Assembly (NCBI RefSeq): GCF_004010195.1
Contig: NC_057719.1
Span: 52,444,608-52,508,607 of the forward strand
Length of the DNA: 64,000 nt
Reading direction: 5' to 3'
From: Chiloscyllium plagiosum
Taxonomy: Eukaryota
Below, one piece after another: positions 1 through 12,619 of the stretch. Position numbers and translations under genes: made by a program. The notes beneath the pieces are model-generated. The model searched no databases. It was not told where the DNA came from and was given only the letters and a program-made list of their open reading frames with translations. Each line of letters starts with the position of its first letter. The stretch's first letter is position 1.

Positions 1-189
1 TTAGTTCATGGAATGCCCTGCCAGTAGCAGTGGTGTACTCTCCCTCTTTATGGGCATTTAAGCGGGCATTGGATAGGTATATGGAGGATAGTGGGTTAGT
101 ATAGGTTAGGTGGGCTTGGATCGGCGCAACATCGAGGGCCAAAGGGCCTGTACTGCGCTGTATTGTTCTATGTTCTATGTTCTATGTTC
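1..189 (+). mobile_element. CR1-clade LINE 3' end with (TGTTCTA)n tail
   Basis: End of RT ORF (..WNALP..VV) followed by 3'UTR ending gggccaaagggcctgtactgcgctg and tandem tgttcta repeats at ~164-189; similar 3' ends recur at ~13230, 44500 and 47000. Confidence 0.8.
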
Positions 190-194
190 CCAGG

Positions 195-418
195 AAAATC
201 CTTCCCACTAGCTGGTCTACCTCTTGCTATTGCCTCATCTGCATCAACACTCACCTCCGGTATACAGCTCAGGTTCCCACCCCCTGCCATACTAGTTTAA
301 ACCCTCTCAAACTACTCGAGCAAACCTTCCACCCAGGACATTGGTCCCCTTCCAGTTCAGATGCACCCGTCCTTCTTGTACAGATCCCACCTTCCCCAAA
401 AGGCATCCCAATTATCTA
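195..418 (-). mobile_element. CR1 LINE ORF1 (SGNH esterase-like) C-terminal fragment
   Basis: Minus strand reads DNWDAFWGRWDLYKKDG.....GTNVLGGRFAR, resembling the DGLHLN block of CR1 ORF1 esterases. Confidence 0.6.
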
Positions 419-1435
419 CAACTTCTACAAGTTACCTCACTTTAGCAATTGTCCCTTAAAACTGCAAAGTTTAACTCTGAAAATATTTTTAAAAATCCAT
501 CAACTTACCTTCATACATTCAGGGGATTGAACCAAAAGATATGTTTGTATATACATTTGACTAGAAGCCCTTTACCTGTCCATACCCAATCACAGGTTGC
601 AATGTTTCAAGATGAAATCTTCAAAACGTCACTGATGTGTTTTAAGTGCACCCTTGCTTACTTTTTTCTTGTACTGTTACAGGCATATGCCAACATTACA
701 ACTCTGACCCAATTAGAATCTCCAAACTTTTATCTTTTTCTTTAATTGATGTGTGTGCAAGTTTGTTGGGTTGTTTGGAAGATATTATGAATGTTTCCTA
801 GTTAATATGCTTGAGGACTTGAGATTTGAAGCATTGTGGATTTTTAAAAAAATTATCTGGAGATACCGGGTTGCAATTTTCAAAAAAAGAGTCACTTTGA
901 ACATTGGTATATTTTGTTTAGTAAGGCATTTCTTACAAACCATATATCGTATGTGGGTGGGGGGGGGGGAGGATGTGTAGAGGGAGGGAGGGGGTGACAT
1001 GTATTTTAGAGGGCACCAGTCTGGCCTTTATGACTGGGAGAGAACTGGTTTCTCTTTGAACAGTAAGTTGCATCTAGTTGTGGATTAGTTATTTGGTAGT
1101 ATAGAATTTGTATATTACTGAAAAAGGCACAGTTTGTTCTTGCATTCCTCAGGAAAATTCACAAGAATACCAATTCAAGGGAAAAAAAAACATTTACACT
1201 GGATAAAAGGAGAGTACTTATTGGTTGGCAAGTGGACTCTTAGTGATTGAGGTGGTGCTATGAAGAATGAACATATTACTGCTGATTGACAGTTAACGGT
1301 CAGGCTTTGTTTAAATTTTAAGCAAAAGTGGTTTGGCTGTTATCAATCAGGTTGTTGCCCTGGAGAAATGAACCACTGAATGGTTGTCACCCATTAAACT
1401 GAGTTAAAACAGGTGCAGTGCAAATACTTAAAGCT

Positions 1436-1625
1436 AAAACAAAACACTGTGAATACTGAAGATCTTAAACAAAAACAGAAATTACTGGAGAAACTCAGCA
1501 GGTCTGGTAATATCTGTGGACAGAGATCATAGTTAATATTTCCAGCCTAATGACCCTTTAATTCTCTATAATAACTTTGCTTTCTGTCCACAGAAAGTTT
1601 CTTCGCAATTTCTGTTTTTGTTTTA
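1436..1625. mobile_element. Old fold-back PLE-terminus-derived repeat
   Basis: Arms aaaacagaaattactggagaaact..tctgtggacagaga and tttctgtccacagaaagtttcttcgcaatttctgtttttgttt are imperfect inverted complements; resembles family A below and a relic at ~37645-37765. Confidence 0.5.
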
Positions 1626-2473
1626 TGCAAATATATGTTCTTTTTATTTACAAGGAACAGGGACTTATGCATTAATATATGTTGCTTTCAATGCATGAAA
1701 GTAAGCCACACTGAGTCCAACTGTCAGTCGTAAATTCTTTGTCGCATAATTCTTTGCACCATCAGTATGATTTACCAAATGCTGTTCAATTGCAGAACCA
1801 CATCTTATTTTGGTACTCTTATAATTGTCCTGAAGAACGCAAAGTGACAAACTTTAACAAAATGTGTATAAAACAATAGTTTAATTGGAAGTTATTTGGT
1901 TCCAACGGGGACAAAGCCTGCTGAAGCAAAAGCTGTTGAGCTCATCTCTCTACCTTTGGATCTCCCCTTGTTTTGAGTCTAGTGTTAAATTTGATGGTGC
2001 TCTTGAAGAGCCTTTGAACTTTCCTCAGTATTGTGTTCCTGAGCAAATTGACTACGCCAAGATTCCAGTGCCAATTTATTGGTGAAATGACATGTGCACA
2101 CTTGCCAAAATTCTAGCTCAACACCCAGCTGAAATTTCCACACCTTATTCTTTTACCACTTCAAAAACTAACCAATATTGGCCACAATTGTTTTTCTTTC
2201 CAAAGTAGAATCACTGCAGGGAAAAAATAATAATGTTTCATAATAAAACTTTTTTTTGTTTATTAAAGAAACCTAGGTGATGGACATTTTTATTCTAAAT
2301 CTAATATAGCAAAAGTATATGATTGGACATATCTGGAACAGGGAAAATAAAATTTGTATTTATGTTGTAACCTGTGAAGTTATGAGAAGTGAAAGAGAGT
2401 ATGCATTTCCCTCCTTTCAATCATACTCAAAGGTATTTCATAATTATAGATACGTTTTAATCATAGATGTCAT

Positions 2474-2550
2474 TATACACCTCTGGGACAGGTGGGATTT
2501 GAATCCAAGCCTCCTGGCTCAGAGATATGCACCTTACCACATGCCACAAG
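2474..2550 (-). mobile_element. Short tRNA-derived SINE head (degenerate)
   Basis: Minus strand has A-box-like tggcatgtggt and B-box-like ggattcaaatcc; related pieces at ~35195-35278 (-) and 36050-36168 (+). Confidence 0.45.
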
Positions 2551-4879
2551 AATACTTGGGACTAGTCAGCAACAGTGCATTCTTCAATTTCATTTAATAC
2601 AATATCACACACTTAAGTCCAGATTTCACAGATTTGGGCCATAATACCAAGCTGAATGTATAGACCTACCCACATTCCCTCACCAATATCACACTCATCT
2701 ATGCTTAACGCCCAGCACACCTTCCACTTCTACACAGCTCTTTACCTGGACAATCTGCTAATCATATCCGTAAGCAAAACAGCCTGTAGGGTTACAACTA
2801 GAGATTATAACTGAATGATAATTTTTTTTTTCCAATTTTCCATAGTCTATCAAAAATAGCAGCCACGTTAAACACAAGCAATTATCACAAGGACCTAGAA
2901 AGCGACCACGATTTAAAGTAGATATTGTATATCTAAACTGATTAAACTGACCTTCTGTTTTGCTAATTTATTTTGTGATGCATCAAAGTCCTTTTAGAAA
3001 CAGAATATTAGCATTGGGACATTAAAAACAATTACGTCTGATGTATTTTGTTTTGTTAGAATTGTTTATAAACTGTCATTGCATTTAATAGTCTTTGAAG
3101 GAACTGAAGGTTGCATCAATGATCAAGGTTTGAATTCAATCTTCAAGTCACACACATGATTGCTCATTTGACTTTATGTGACTGAAATGTGTTCTGCTCC
3201 AACAATAATAATTTATTGTTGTGAAGAAGATTCACTGCACAAAATGGATTCCACCCAAAAGGTCTTAGAAAACAAAATTAACAGAGCAACTTAAATGGCT
3301 AAATGGGACATATTATTTAAATGCCCCAGACATGTAAGAACCCATCTGCTGTAATGATACTGACATCATTTTGCAAAATGATTCATTCACCTGAATTTTG
3401 GAATGAATCTTTTGGAGGACTTAAGAGAGTGTTTCATGGATTCAACCGTCATGGGAACTGTTAATCAGGCAATGGTTTAAAAACAATTATCAACATGCAC
3501 AATTCCTTAAATTACTAGCAGTTTAATATAAATGATTGATAACCTTAAACCTCCATTCCCTCATGTTTTCATCTTTTGCTGTGGCTGTTACTAACCATTG
3601 AAATGAGTAATTTATTTCAGCTATCAGATTTTCTTTCCATCCAACTCTTTCACCTGAACACATTATTTCTATTGTAGATGCTGATAACAATACTGGGTAA
3701 TTTGTGGCACAAAGAACTCCTCATTCATCCTGGGGCATTATAATTGTCAAAAACCTTTGTGAGACAGGATGAACTGAATTCTAATTTATTCTGTTGAAGT
3801 TTAGGAAAACCTTCAATCTTTATACTACAGACAAAAGAAGAGTACAAGGAGTTATCAGTGCAAGGGAAGAATTTGGCTAGTTGAGGTACAAAAGTAGATA
3901 ACATGATTGCAATATGTAACTTGAACAGGTTGCCCATGGACCGCTTGAAATTACTCCTAGGGTTCATTATCATTAATTTGACTAGCTCCAGGCAACAATT
4001 TGGTGTCCTAAAGCAATTCACTGGTTTTACTCAGAATGTGATCAGTCAGCTCAGATGTTGTTAGCGGGCCTTTGGTGGATCTTGATAGGGGAGGCAAAGA
4101 GGAAGGAAGTGACTTTATGTTACTGGTGGCAAACAGTTTTGTTGTGGAATCAAGAACAACATTCAAGTAAAGGAAAAAGTCATTGAAAAGTCCCCTTTAA
4201 GTCTATCTTCTTCAACATGTAGACCGGTTAATCGCAGAGTCTATAACAGTGGATCTAACGTCCTGCCTCCATTCTCTCACTACGCACCCATCATTCATTG
4301 AATTGCTTCTGCTTCTACATGGTTAGAGCAAAGTGCATATTCTTTATTACTGTTACATTGTGTTTCAATTTGATCTTGATAGGACTATTGCTGCAGGGTT
4401 AAGTAAGTTTTATGGTAACAATGTAAACAAATGCTATGAAAGATGTGTGGAGCCAATATATTACAGCATTAGAAACAAAGGCTGTTCAGCCCATTACATT
4501 CATGCGAATTGTCTGCAACAGCAACTTATCCCGCCCAATCTTTTCCCATTCTGTGTAGATCTTGAGTACTTTTCTTCTTCCGCTGCTTATCTAATAGGTT
4601 TGTGTAGGCAAAGAAAATTAACAGAGAATCCTCTCATGTGCTACATCCAAAACCCAAGCAGAACTAGCCAACCAGGTGCCCTGGAAACAAATCATGATCA
4701 CAAAAGTGCCCTCCCATGCTTTCATATTTGAACGTATTCAGCGGCATTCTGTGTGTCCCAGCTGTGCAGATCCAGATGCCGACCTGCAGAGTGACCAGTG
4801 GCAGAGTGGCATCACAAACCACAAGCTGAAGCAATAATAATGAATGATAAATCTGGGCCACCTTTAAAAAGAACCCAAA

Positions 4880-6540
4880 AATGTCCAACTACCACATGGA
4901 ATAGGTGAATGAATTTTTTGTTCACAATTGTAAAAGTAAAAAGGGAAATTTTAAACAACATCGCACATTGATGCATAATGAATTCAAGGATAGTTTTCCC
5001 TTGAACAGGATGTTTCAGATGAGGACACAGTCAATGAAATGAAAGCCGCTTGAAAACTCAAAACTACTTTTTTTCTAAACTAGCACCGAAAAGTAAGTCC
5101 TGCTCTGAAGCGTCCTATTGTATTTACCATCTTCTAGTAAAGCTCAAGAAATCATTCTCAGAAACTGAATCAATTAAAGAAAACTGTGATCACTGATTCT
5201 TTGTTCAAAGACTTGAAGAACAAAAGAGAAATAATGATGGCAGAATAAACTCACCCATCAGACTTGGAAATATATTGCTGTTCTTTTAGTATCGCTGACT
5301 CAAAAACCTGGAACTCCCTCCATAAAGGTCTACCTGTGCCAAATAGACTACAGCAGTTCAAGAGGTCAGCTCACCACCACCTTCTCAAGGGTGATTAAGG
5401 GTGGTCAATGATTGCTAGTTCAGGCAGCAACACCCAAATCCCATGAGCAAATAAAAAGAAATCCAGAGCAATGTTCCTTGATTCTTCTACAGTGTTAAAA
5501 CAAGTGGAAACTTTGTCTGAAGGTGTCTTTCAGCAGCTTCAGCAGGATCTGAAGGATTTTCTTCACTGCAGTTCAGTGAATCCATCAACATGACCATTGC
5601 AGCTCAGCTGATTGTTTTTGTGCACAAGGTTTTTAAGGACATAACAACTAAAGAGAATCTTTTCATCCTTTTGCCCTTAAAGAGAGAACAATGGGTGTGG
5701 ATATCTACAATGAATTCAAAAGATGCTTGAGAAAAAAATGCCCCGATAAAGAAACTGCTTTTCTTACCATCTGATGCACCAGCCATGTTTGTTACAAATG
5801 TGAGCTTTGTTGCATTTTGCAGAAAGGAACTGGACTTCCCTTTGTTGTCAATTACCACTATATAATTCACCAGCAAGGATTACAGAGTAAAGTTATAGAC
5901 TATTCTCATGTCATGAAAAATGTTGTGAAGATTTGAGCAAGTGTCCTTCAGCATGATATTTTAAATCCCATTCGATGATCTTGGTGCTGCCTGCAGTGAA
6001 CTAATTTTTCATGCTGATGGGGTTAAGTTTCAGGACGTTCCTTTTAAAAACTTTTAGATTTGATGCCAGAAATCATTACTTTTCTTAATTGGATGAATGA
6101 AGTATGCAGTGAGCCATCTGACAATGCATGTTTGCTCAACTTCTAGTTCTTCACAAACATAAGAGCAAAACTGCACAAGCTAAACTGTGCACATATGATC
6201 AGAGCTGCGATTGCATTTAAATTGAAATTGGTTCATTGTTCCTCTCAACTGAAGAAAAATGCTGCATCTCGAGAAAATACCATGAGGAAAATCAAAACAA
6301 AGAAAATTGATTCTAACCTAAAAACATCTGTGTATACCTGAGGAAATTAGCAGAAGAATTAAAAAGGCAAGTTCAGGAATTAGATGTGATGGAACAAATC
6401 ATCAGCTTTGGCTCAAATTCATTTTTTCAAGTAATCATTGGTGAGTTGGCTACCAAATTGCATCTGGTGTTTGATTTACAAAGCTATGGAGGTAGCCATG
6501 TGCCAAAATGATGATGAGCTGACAGACACTTCAAGGGATG
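4880..6540 (+). pseudogene. Decayed hAT-superfamily transposase (EPM2AIP1/GTF2IRD2/SPIN/Charlie-like)
   Basis: Collinear peptides across frameshifts: CSEASYCIYHLLVKLKKSFSETESIKE (5101), SLQFSESINMTIAAQLIVFVHKVFKDITTKENLFILLPLK (5563; decayed SLxxDESTD), DAPAM (~5773; TDGAPAM), YHYIIHQQGLQSKVIDYSHVMKNVVKI (5853; HCIIHQxAL), LDLMPEIITFL (~6055), MEVAMCQNDDEL (~6486). Confidence 0.75.
5270..5457 (+). mobile_element. LINE 3'-end fragment (second non-LTR family) inserted in the hAT fossil
   Basis: cctggaactccctcc..cagcagttcaag..cagctcaccaccaccttctcaaggg..aataaaaa (WNSL/FK motif plus 3'UTR); related to 23790-24065; interrupts the transposase frame. Confidence 0.55.
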
Positions 6541-6929
6541 AGCACAGATCAGGATTGGAGCACAATGGGAATTTGGTGCAGAGGGGTTGGAGTGCTTTTT
6601 TTATTGTTTATATCTTGTAAGGACAATATTTTATAGGACTAGGGAATAAGGGCCCTAGAGTGATTGGTATGATTTGACATTAAGCATCTTCTAACAGTTT
6701 TAATTTGAAGTGGTAAGTCATGGCAGGAGAGCTCAAAGCCATGGTGTGTTCTCCCTGCTCTATGTGGGAAGCCAGGAACATTTCCAGTCCATGGGGTCAC
6801 ATCATGTGGGAAGTGTCTTCCAGAGTACTTTCACAAGTGATCCTAAAAGAGTTATCATCATTCAAGATTGTATAGACCCCGGAACAATTCCTACACTCTG
6901 GAGGGTAGTTAATGTAACCCCTCCATTTA

Positions 6930-7094
6930 GAATCGATAAGGTACTGTGCTAGAAAAAGCACAACAGGTCAGGCAGCGTCAGAGAAACAAGGGAGTTAACG
7001 TTTCGGGCATAACCCTGATCCTGCCTGACCTGCTGTGCTTTTGCCAGCACAGCACCTTATCGACGCTGACTTCTCCAGCATCTGCAATCCTCAC
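6930..7094. mobile_element. Family A PLE-derived fold-back element
   Basis: Inverted arms 6933-6975/7021-7063; 15-bp TSD taacccctccattta (6915-6929) / taacccttctattta (7095-7109); partial HHR on minus strand (gcccgaaacgtt). Confidence 0.8.
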
Positions 7095-7344
7095 TAACCC
7101 TTCTATTTAAAAAGGGAAGCAGAGAGAAAAACCAGCACCTTAGATCAGTCAGGTTGATATTAGTGAGAAAAGTGCTTGAGTCCATTATAAAAGAATTAAT
7201 AGCTAAGCATCTGGAAATCAGTGTCAGGATCAGACAGAGTCAGCATGGATTTATGAAATAGAAACTTTTATTGAGAAATCTATTGGACTTCTTTGAAGAG
7301 CTAGCTAATAATGTTGGTGACTGGGAGCCTGTGGATGTGGTTTA

Positions 7345-7640
7345 TAGAGTCATAGAGATGTACAGCATGGAAATGGACCCTTCAGTCCAATGCCGACCAG
7401 ATATCCCAAACCAATCTAGTCCCACTTGCCAGTGTCCGGCCCATATCCCTCCAAACCCTTCCTAGTCATATACCCATCCAAATACCTTTTAAATGTTGCA
7501 ATTGTTCTGTATCCAAATGGCTAGTTCCCTGTATTCCGTGAGATCTAACCTTGCTAACCAGTCTTCCATGGGGAACCTTGTTGAATGCCTTACTGAAGAC
7601 CATATAGACCACAGTTACCGCTCTGCCCTCATCATTCCTC
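7345..7640 (-). mobile_element. Antisense, internally deleted CR1 fragment nested in CR1
   Basis: 7345-7505 is the reverse complement of a 3' end like 46812-47030; 7506-7640 encodes (minus) DEGRAV.VVYM.FSKAFNKVPHGRL. Confidence 0.7.
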
Positions 7641-8768
7641 TTTTAAATGGATATTCAGCAGGTTTTTGACAAACTTTCACACAAAAGACTAGCATGTGAA
7701 ATTAAAGATTATCAAATTTGAGAGTAATGTAATGAGATGGATAGAAAGCTGGTTGGCATACAGGACAAAAACAGTAGGAATAAACAGTTTTTTTTATGAT
7801 TGGCATGCAGTGACTAGTGGGATATGCAGGGATCATTGCTATTCACTATATATGTTAATGACTTAGATGAAAAAATTTAATGTGAGAACTCCAAATTTGC
7901 TGATGACACAAAGTTGGGTGGGAGTGCAAGCTGTGAAGAGGATGCAAAGATGCTTCAGTGTAGTTTGTTCAAGTGATGGGCAAAGGCATGGCAAACACAG
8001 TATAATGTGGATAAATGTGAGCTTACTCACTTTGATAGCAAAAACAGGAAGATGGATTATTATCTGAAAAGCTGTAAGTTAAGAGCAGAGAATGTGTAAT
8101 TATTCCTGGCCTCATTCACAAGTCAGTAAGAAGGTATGCACGCAGGTGCAATAGTTGTAAAAAAGGCAAATGGTATGTTGACATTCATAGAACGAGAATT
8201 TGGGTACAAGAGCTGGGATGTCTTGCTGCAGTTACCCAGGGCCCTTGTGAGACTATACCTGAAGTATTGTGTGCAGTTTTGGTCATCTTATCAGAGGAAG
8301 GATGTTCTTGCAAAAAAGGAAATGCAGTGAAGGTTTACCAGGCTGACACCTGTTATGACAGGACTAACCTGTAGTAGTTAGAATTACATTTGCTAGAGTT
8401 CAGAAGAATATGGGGAGATCTCGTTGAACCGTATAAAATTCTAACAGGAAGCCAGGCAAGGTAGATGCAGGACCGATGTTCCCAATGGTGGGGAATGCAG
8501 AATAAGGGGTCACAGTCTAAAGATATGGGGTAAACCATTTATAATTGTGAGAATGAGAAATGTCTTCACTAGATGGTGATGAGGACGTGAAATTCACTAC
8601 CACAGAAAGCAAATTATGTCAAAACGTTGTATGGTTTGTGAAAGATATTAGATATGACACTTGGGGCTAAAGGAATTAAAGTTAATGGGGTCAAAACTAG
8701 AATAGGATACTGAGTTGGATGATCAAACATAATCATAATGAATGGCAGAGCAGGCTCAAAGGACTGAA

Positions 8769-8903
8769 AGTCGACTTCCTGATGAAGAACCTATGCTTGA
8801 AACATCAACTCTCCTGCTCCATGGATGCTGCCTGACCATCTGTGCTTTTCCAGTGCCACACTTTTTGCCTCTGATCTCCAGTATCTGCAGTCCTCATTTT
8901 CTC
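8769..8903 (+). mobile_element. Family A PLE-derived short element with degenerate HHR
   Basis: Perfect 14-bp TSD ctcaaaggactgaa (8755-8768/8904-8917); ttcCTGATGAagaacctatgcttGAAAcatc. Confidence 0.8.
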
Positions 8904-9566
8904 CTCAAAGGACTGAATGACCTACTCCTGCTTTTATTTTCTATGGAATTTTATGGGAACTCGTAAACAGAGAAACATTCCTACTCCTATCCTATTGTTT
9001 TCAAGGAAAGTATGCTTTGACACCAATGAAAATAATAAAGTCCAGGTAGGACACTCACTTCACAGATAGCAATATATACAGTATGCAGGCTCACACTACA
9101 ACCCAGACTTTAAGGGAATGGCAGATAATGTTCAGTCGCAGATGGAACACTAAGACTTATTGAGTAGAGTACAAAATGAACAATTTTTTATTCCTGGTTT
9201 TAATTTTATGCAACAGTAAAAATAAACTCTTTATGCGTTATCATTTTTGGGATAGATCCTGGGTTGCAGATAAATTCAAGAAGTGATCATGTACTTAAAA
9301 GGTTAGAGGTGACTGTTTTAAGGACTGCCAATTAATTCACTTTCAGACACAAGAAATGGATAGAAGGTAATTGACCATTTCTTTTTGAGGTGATTTCTAA
9401 ACTGGCTGTGATAAAGGGAGGCGAATGTTGTGAATGATCAATTCACAAAACAATTTCACACTGAGGAGGTAGATTGAAAATTTACACCTATGGGTTTGTG
9501 TGAGAAGTGCTGCTCCATCTGGTGAAGATATTCATACTGCTTTGTGTAAGGGTGCATATTTTACAT

Positions 9567-9712
9567 CATCGAGACCGTGGTGCTGGAAAAGCACAGCCGG
9601 TCAGGCAGCATCCAAGGAACAGGAGAATCGACGGTTCGGGCATAAGCCCTTCGTCTGGGCTTATTCAACTTTTGACTCTGATCTCCAGTATCTGCAGTCC
9701 TCACTTCCTACC
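9567..9712. mobile_element. Family A PLE-derived element (inverted body plus tail)
   Basis: Perfect 14-bp TSD tgcatattttacat (9553-9566/9713-9726); body antisense, tail tctgatctccagtatctgcagtcctcact sense. Confidence 0.8.
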
Positions 9713-10397
9713 TGCATATTTTACATGGCTCTTTCTCCTTAAGCAATCAACATCTACTGAAAAATCGCATCCATTATAGACTACTAAGTGTTTCAGAATT
9801 ATTTTTATCCATTTTAATAATTGCTCATTCCCGTTATTAATGAAACATCTCTTCTCTAATCAGGGAGAACGTTGATAACAATTTCCTTAGTCGCTGATAG
9901 ATATATATTTTACTTCAAATTTCTGCAGTAATGTGCACATTCCTGTCTGAGACTTAGATGTTCTGATACAAAGCGAAGGGAGTAGTGTCTGATTCTAAAG
10001 GTCAATTAATGAATGAAGTCAGAATGCTGTCAGTTAATACAGGCACATTCATACTCCATAATGGACCGGGAACTCTAATGTGACAGTCTTTATTATCAGA
10101 GCCAGATTTCAGCTTGCCAATACCTCCATTCTAAGAACTGGAATTTCACTCATAATAAGCAGAACCACCTTAACTATCATAAACTGTAAGAGAATATGAT
10201 TTCAGTCAACAAAGGCAGGTAAAGGAAAGCTGCAAGGCAGCGAGTGGCTAAGACTACAATAATACCTTTCACATGAGAAACTATAGACAATGCATGTGGA
10301 TTTACTAAAAGCCCATGATTGATTTGTAAACCATTAATTAGATCCAATTTTCACATGGGGTTATGCTACTGTTACATCTTTGTTGATTTTTCATTTT

Positions 10398-11301
10398 TGT
10401 TATCAAACCAGAGTTTGGGGCTATGAGCTAAGAGATGAAGACATTTGGACTGTGAGCAACAGCTTGTGTTATAAAGGAACAAGCTGCTATTTGTTTTTGA
10501 GGCCAAGCCTGTAGTTAGTTACAGATTTATTTTTTGGTAATTTGTACTTCATTGACTCTTCTAGTCCAGAAAGGCCCCAGGCTTAAACAGCTAGCTGATG
10601 TTTGGCCAAGAGTAGTACCTGGGAATTTGTATCACAATGTCTGAGAGAGATGGTGATGATCAAACAGAGGGAGGGGCCAGAGCTTTTTGATGGTTTCTAA
10701 GAGAAGGGGTTTGGCTGTTGACACTATAGCATGAATGTTTGAAAGCTGCCTGCCTAAACTCCCATTGTCAGCTATTGGAAGTTCAGAGAATAGTAACTTA
10801 GTTTTAAATATTATTGAATTTTCTTCAGAGTGAACGGGAAAAAGAGGCTTGATGGATGTCTTCAGAAAATCAATCAAGAGACAAATCTGTCTATCTATTA
10901 AACAATGCATCTCGGAAACTGTTTAAGCAATCCGGCCAGTTTTATTATTTTCTCCTGTTACTTAAAATTTGTTCCTTAACAATATTTGTTTGCCTTTTGT
11001 GTGAATGGGCTGAAAACAAAGGTTATTGGGTTTAATTCATAGACATTAATTAGATTGCCTTATTGTTTCACTTTACTCTGCTAAAGGTACTGTATTATTA
11101 ATAAATTGTTATTTCTATTGTTTAATCTATAAACCTGGCCTCTAGTATGGATTATTCACAAGATCTGATACTGGTTATTCAAAACGTTTGGTAGGAACCA
11201 TTGAGACCAATTCTGAGGGTCATTGAATATTGTAATTTTACTGTGTTGTGAGTATAGGGATGGGGAGCCTCATATGGTTTGGCTGTCTGTCTATGTGACA
11301 A
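10398..11301. repeat. Possible old solo LTR
   Basis: TGTTA..CAACA-like ends and internal aataaa (~11100); no TSD confirmed and no second copy seen. Confidence 0.2.
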
Positions 11302-12029
11302 CATTATCAGAGTGCCAGTGAAAAACAACTGGGGGTTGTGATAAACAGCTGCTCAGTGATATTGCATTTTGTATTATAAGCCAGTATTTCAAGCATTTGA
11401 ACATCTGAATTGGATTTCAAGTACCTTGCCATATCTGCCTGAAATGCATTCACTTTAGAAGGGGTTCACATTGGAGGAACGCTTTCGCAGTTATTTTTTC
11501 TTTTTAAATTTTCTGTAAAAATATAGATATTTGAACCTCAGTGAGAGATTGAGGAATAATAATTTGTTAAAAGTCATAGATTACATCAAAGACTTCAAAT
11601 ACTGTAGGTAAGCTATGATGGAGCTATCAGTGCTTCCTTTGGAACTTAATTGTCTACAATGGGTGCATTTTGCATACCCTCAATTGAATCATTAAATAGA
11701 TTTATCACTTCATGCTAAATTTTATTCTGAGATTTGCAGCAGAAAAGCTGGCAGTGGCAACCTTTGTCCCAGTGATGCACACTTCCCTGTTGGGTAGTCA
11801 CAGATGGTGGCTTCAGATCAAACTGTTGAAGCTTCCCGATTAAAGCAAGGAGTGTGGCAGCAGCGAGGAGCTAATTAGGGCAAATATAAATAGATGGAAT
11901 TTTTAATATTATTGACATAAGGCACAGCAAGTATGAGTTCTGCATCAGTGCTAAAATATTCTGTTCAGAAAATTAAAATGATGAGCTAAGAATATCAATG
12001 CAGGATATTCCTGGAAAATCAAAGCAAGG

Positions 12030-12610
12030 AATGATTTAGCATAGAGGGAGATGATTTGGCCTATTATGCACGTGCTGGTCCCATGGCTGATCCACACAGT
12101 TAATCCCACTGCTATTGTTTATTTTCCCTATAGCCTAGTATTTTCTTTCCCGTCAACTTCTTTTCCATTTCTATTCTGAGTGTCACATTGAATTTGCTTC
12201 TACCATCCTTTCAGGCAGTGCGTTCCAGATCACAGCAACGCACTGTAAAGAAATATTTATTGATGTATCCTCAGTCTCTTTCGCTGAACACCTTTAGTCT
12301 GTATCTTTTGGTTACTGACTCTTCTACCTCTGCAAACAAATAGTACGGTATCAAAGTCATTCATGACTCTGAACACCTTCATCAAATCCCCTTCTATGGA
12401 CTAAGGAGAACAACCTGGCTTCTTCAGGGTCTTCACATAATTGAAGGCAAACATTTCTTGTACAGTTCTATTTGAGCTTAGCTGCTCCCTCTCCAAGACC
12501 TTTAACATCCTGCCCTCAGTACAGTGTCCGGAATTGAACAAAATAATCCAGCTGACACCTAACCAACATTTTATAAAGGCTTTTCATAACCGCCTTGCTT
12601 CTATATTCTA
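12030..12610 (-). mobile_element. Degenerate CR1 3' fragment
   Basis: Reverse complement matches the CR1 RT C-terminus/3'UTR (VQFRT..LR.DV; tggaacgcactgcctgaaagg). Confidence 0.65.
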
Positions 12611-12619
12611 TTAATAAAG

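Larger units (their letters stand above)
6840..8945 (+). mobile_element. Degenerate CR1 LINE ORF2 (RT) to 3' end, with three nested insertions
   Basis: WRVVNVTP..FKKG, QSQHGFMK, NLLDFFEE..VDVVY, KFADDTKLGG (~7893), KKANGML..LVRLYLKYCVQFWS; 3'UTR ends near 8945. Confidence 0.85.

Noticed and set aside
951..996. G-run cluster as a promoter or regulatory G4
   Set aside because: Simple low-complexity tract with no CpG island or other promoter evidence
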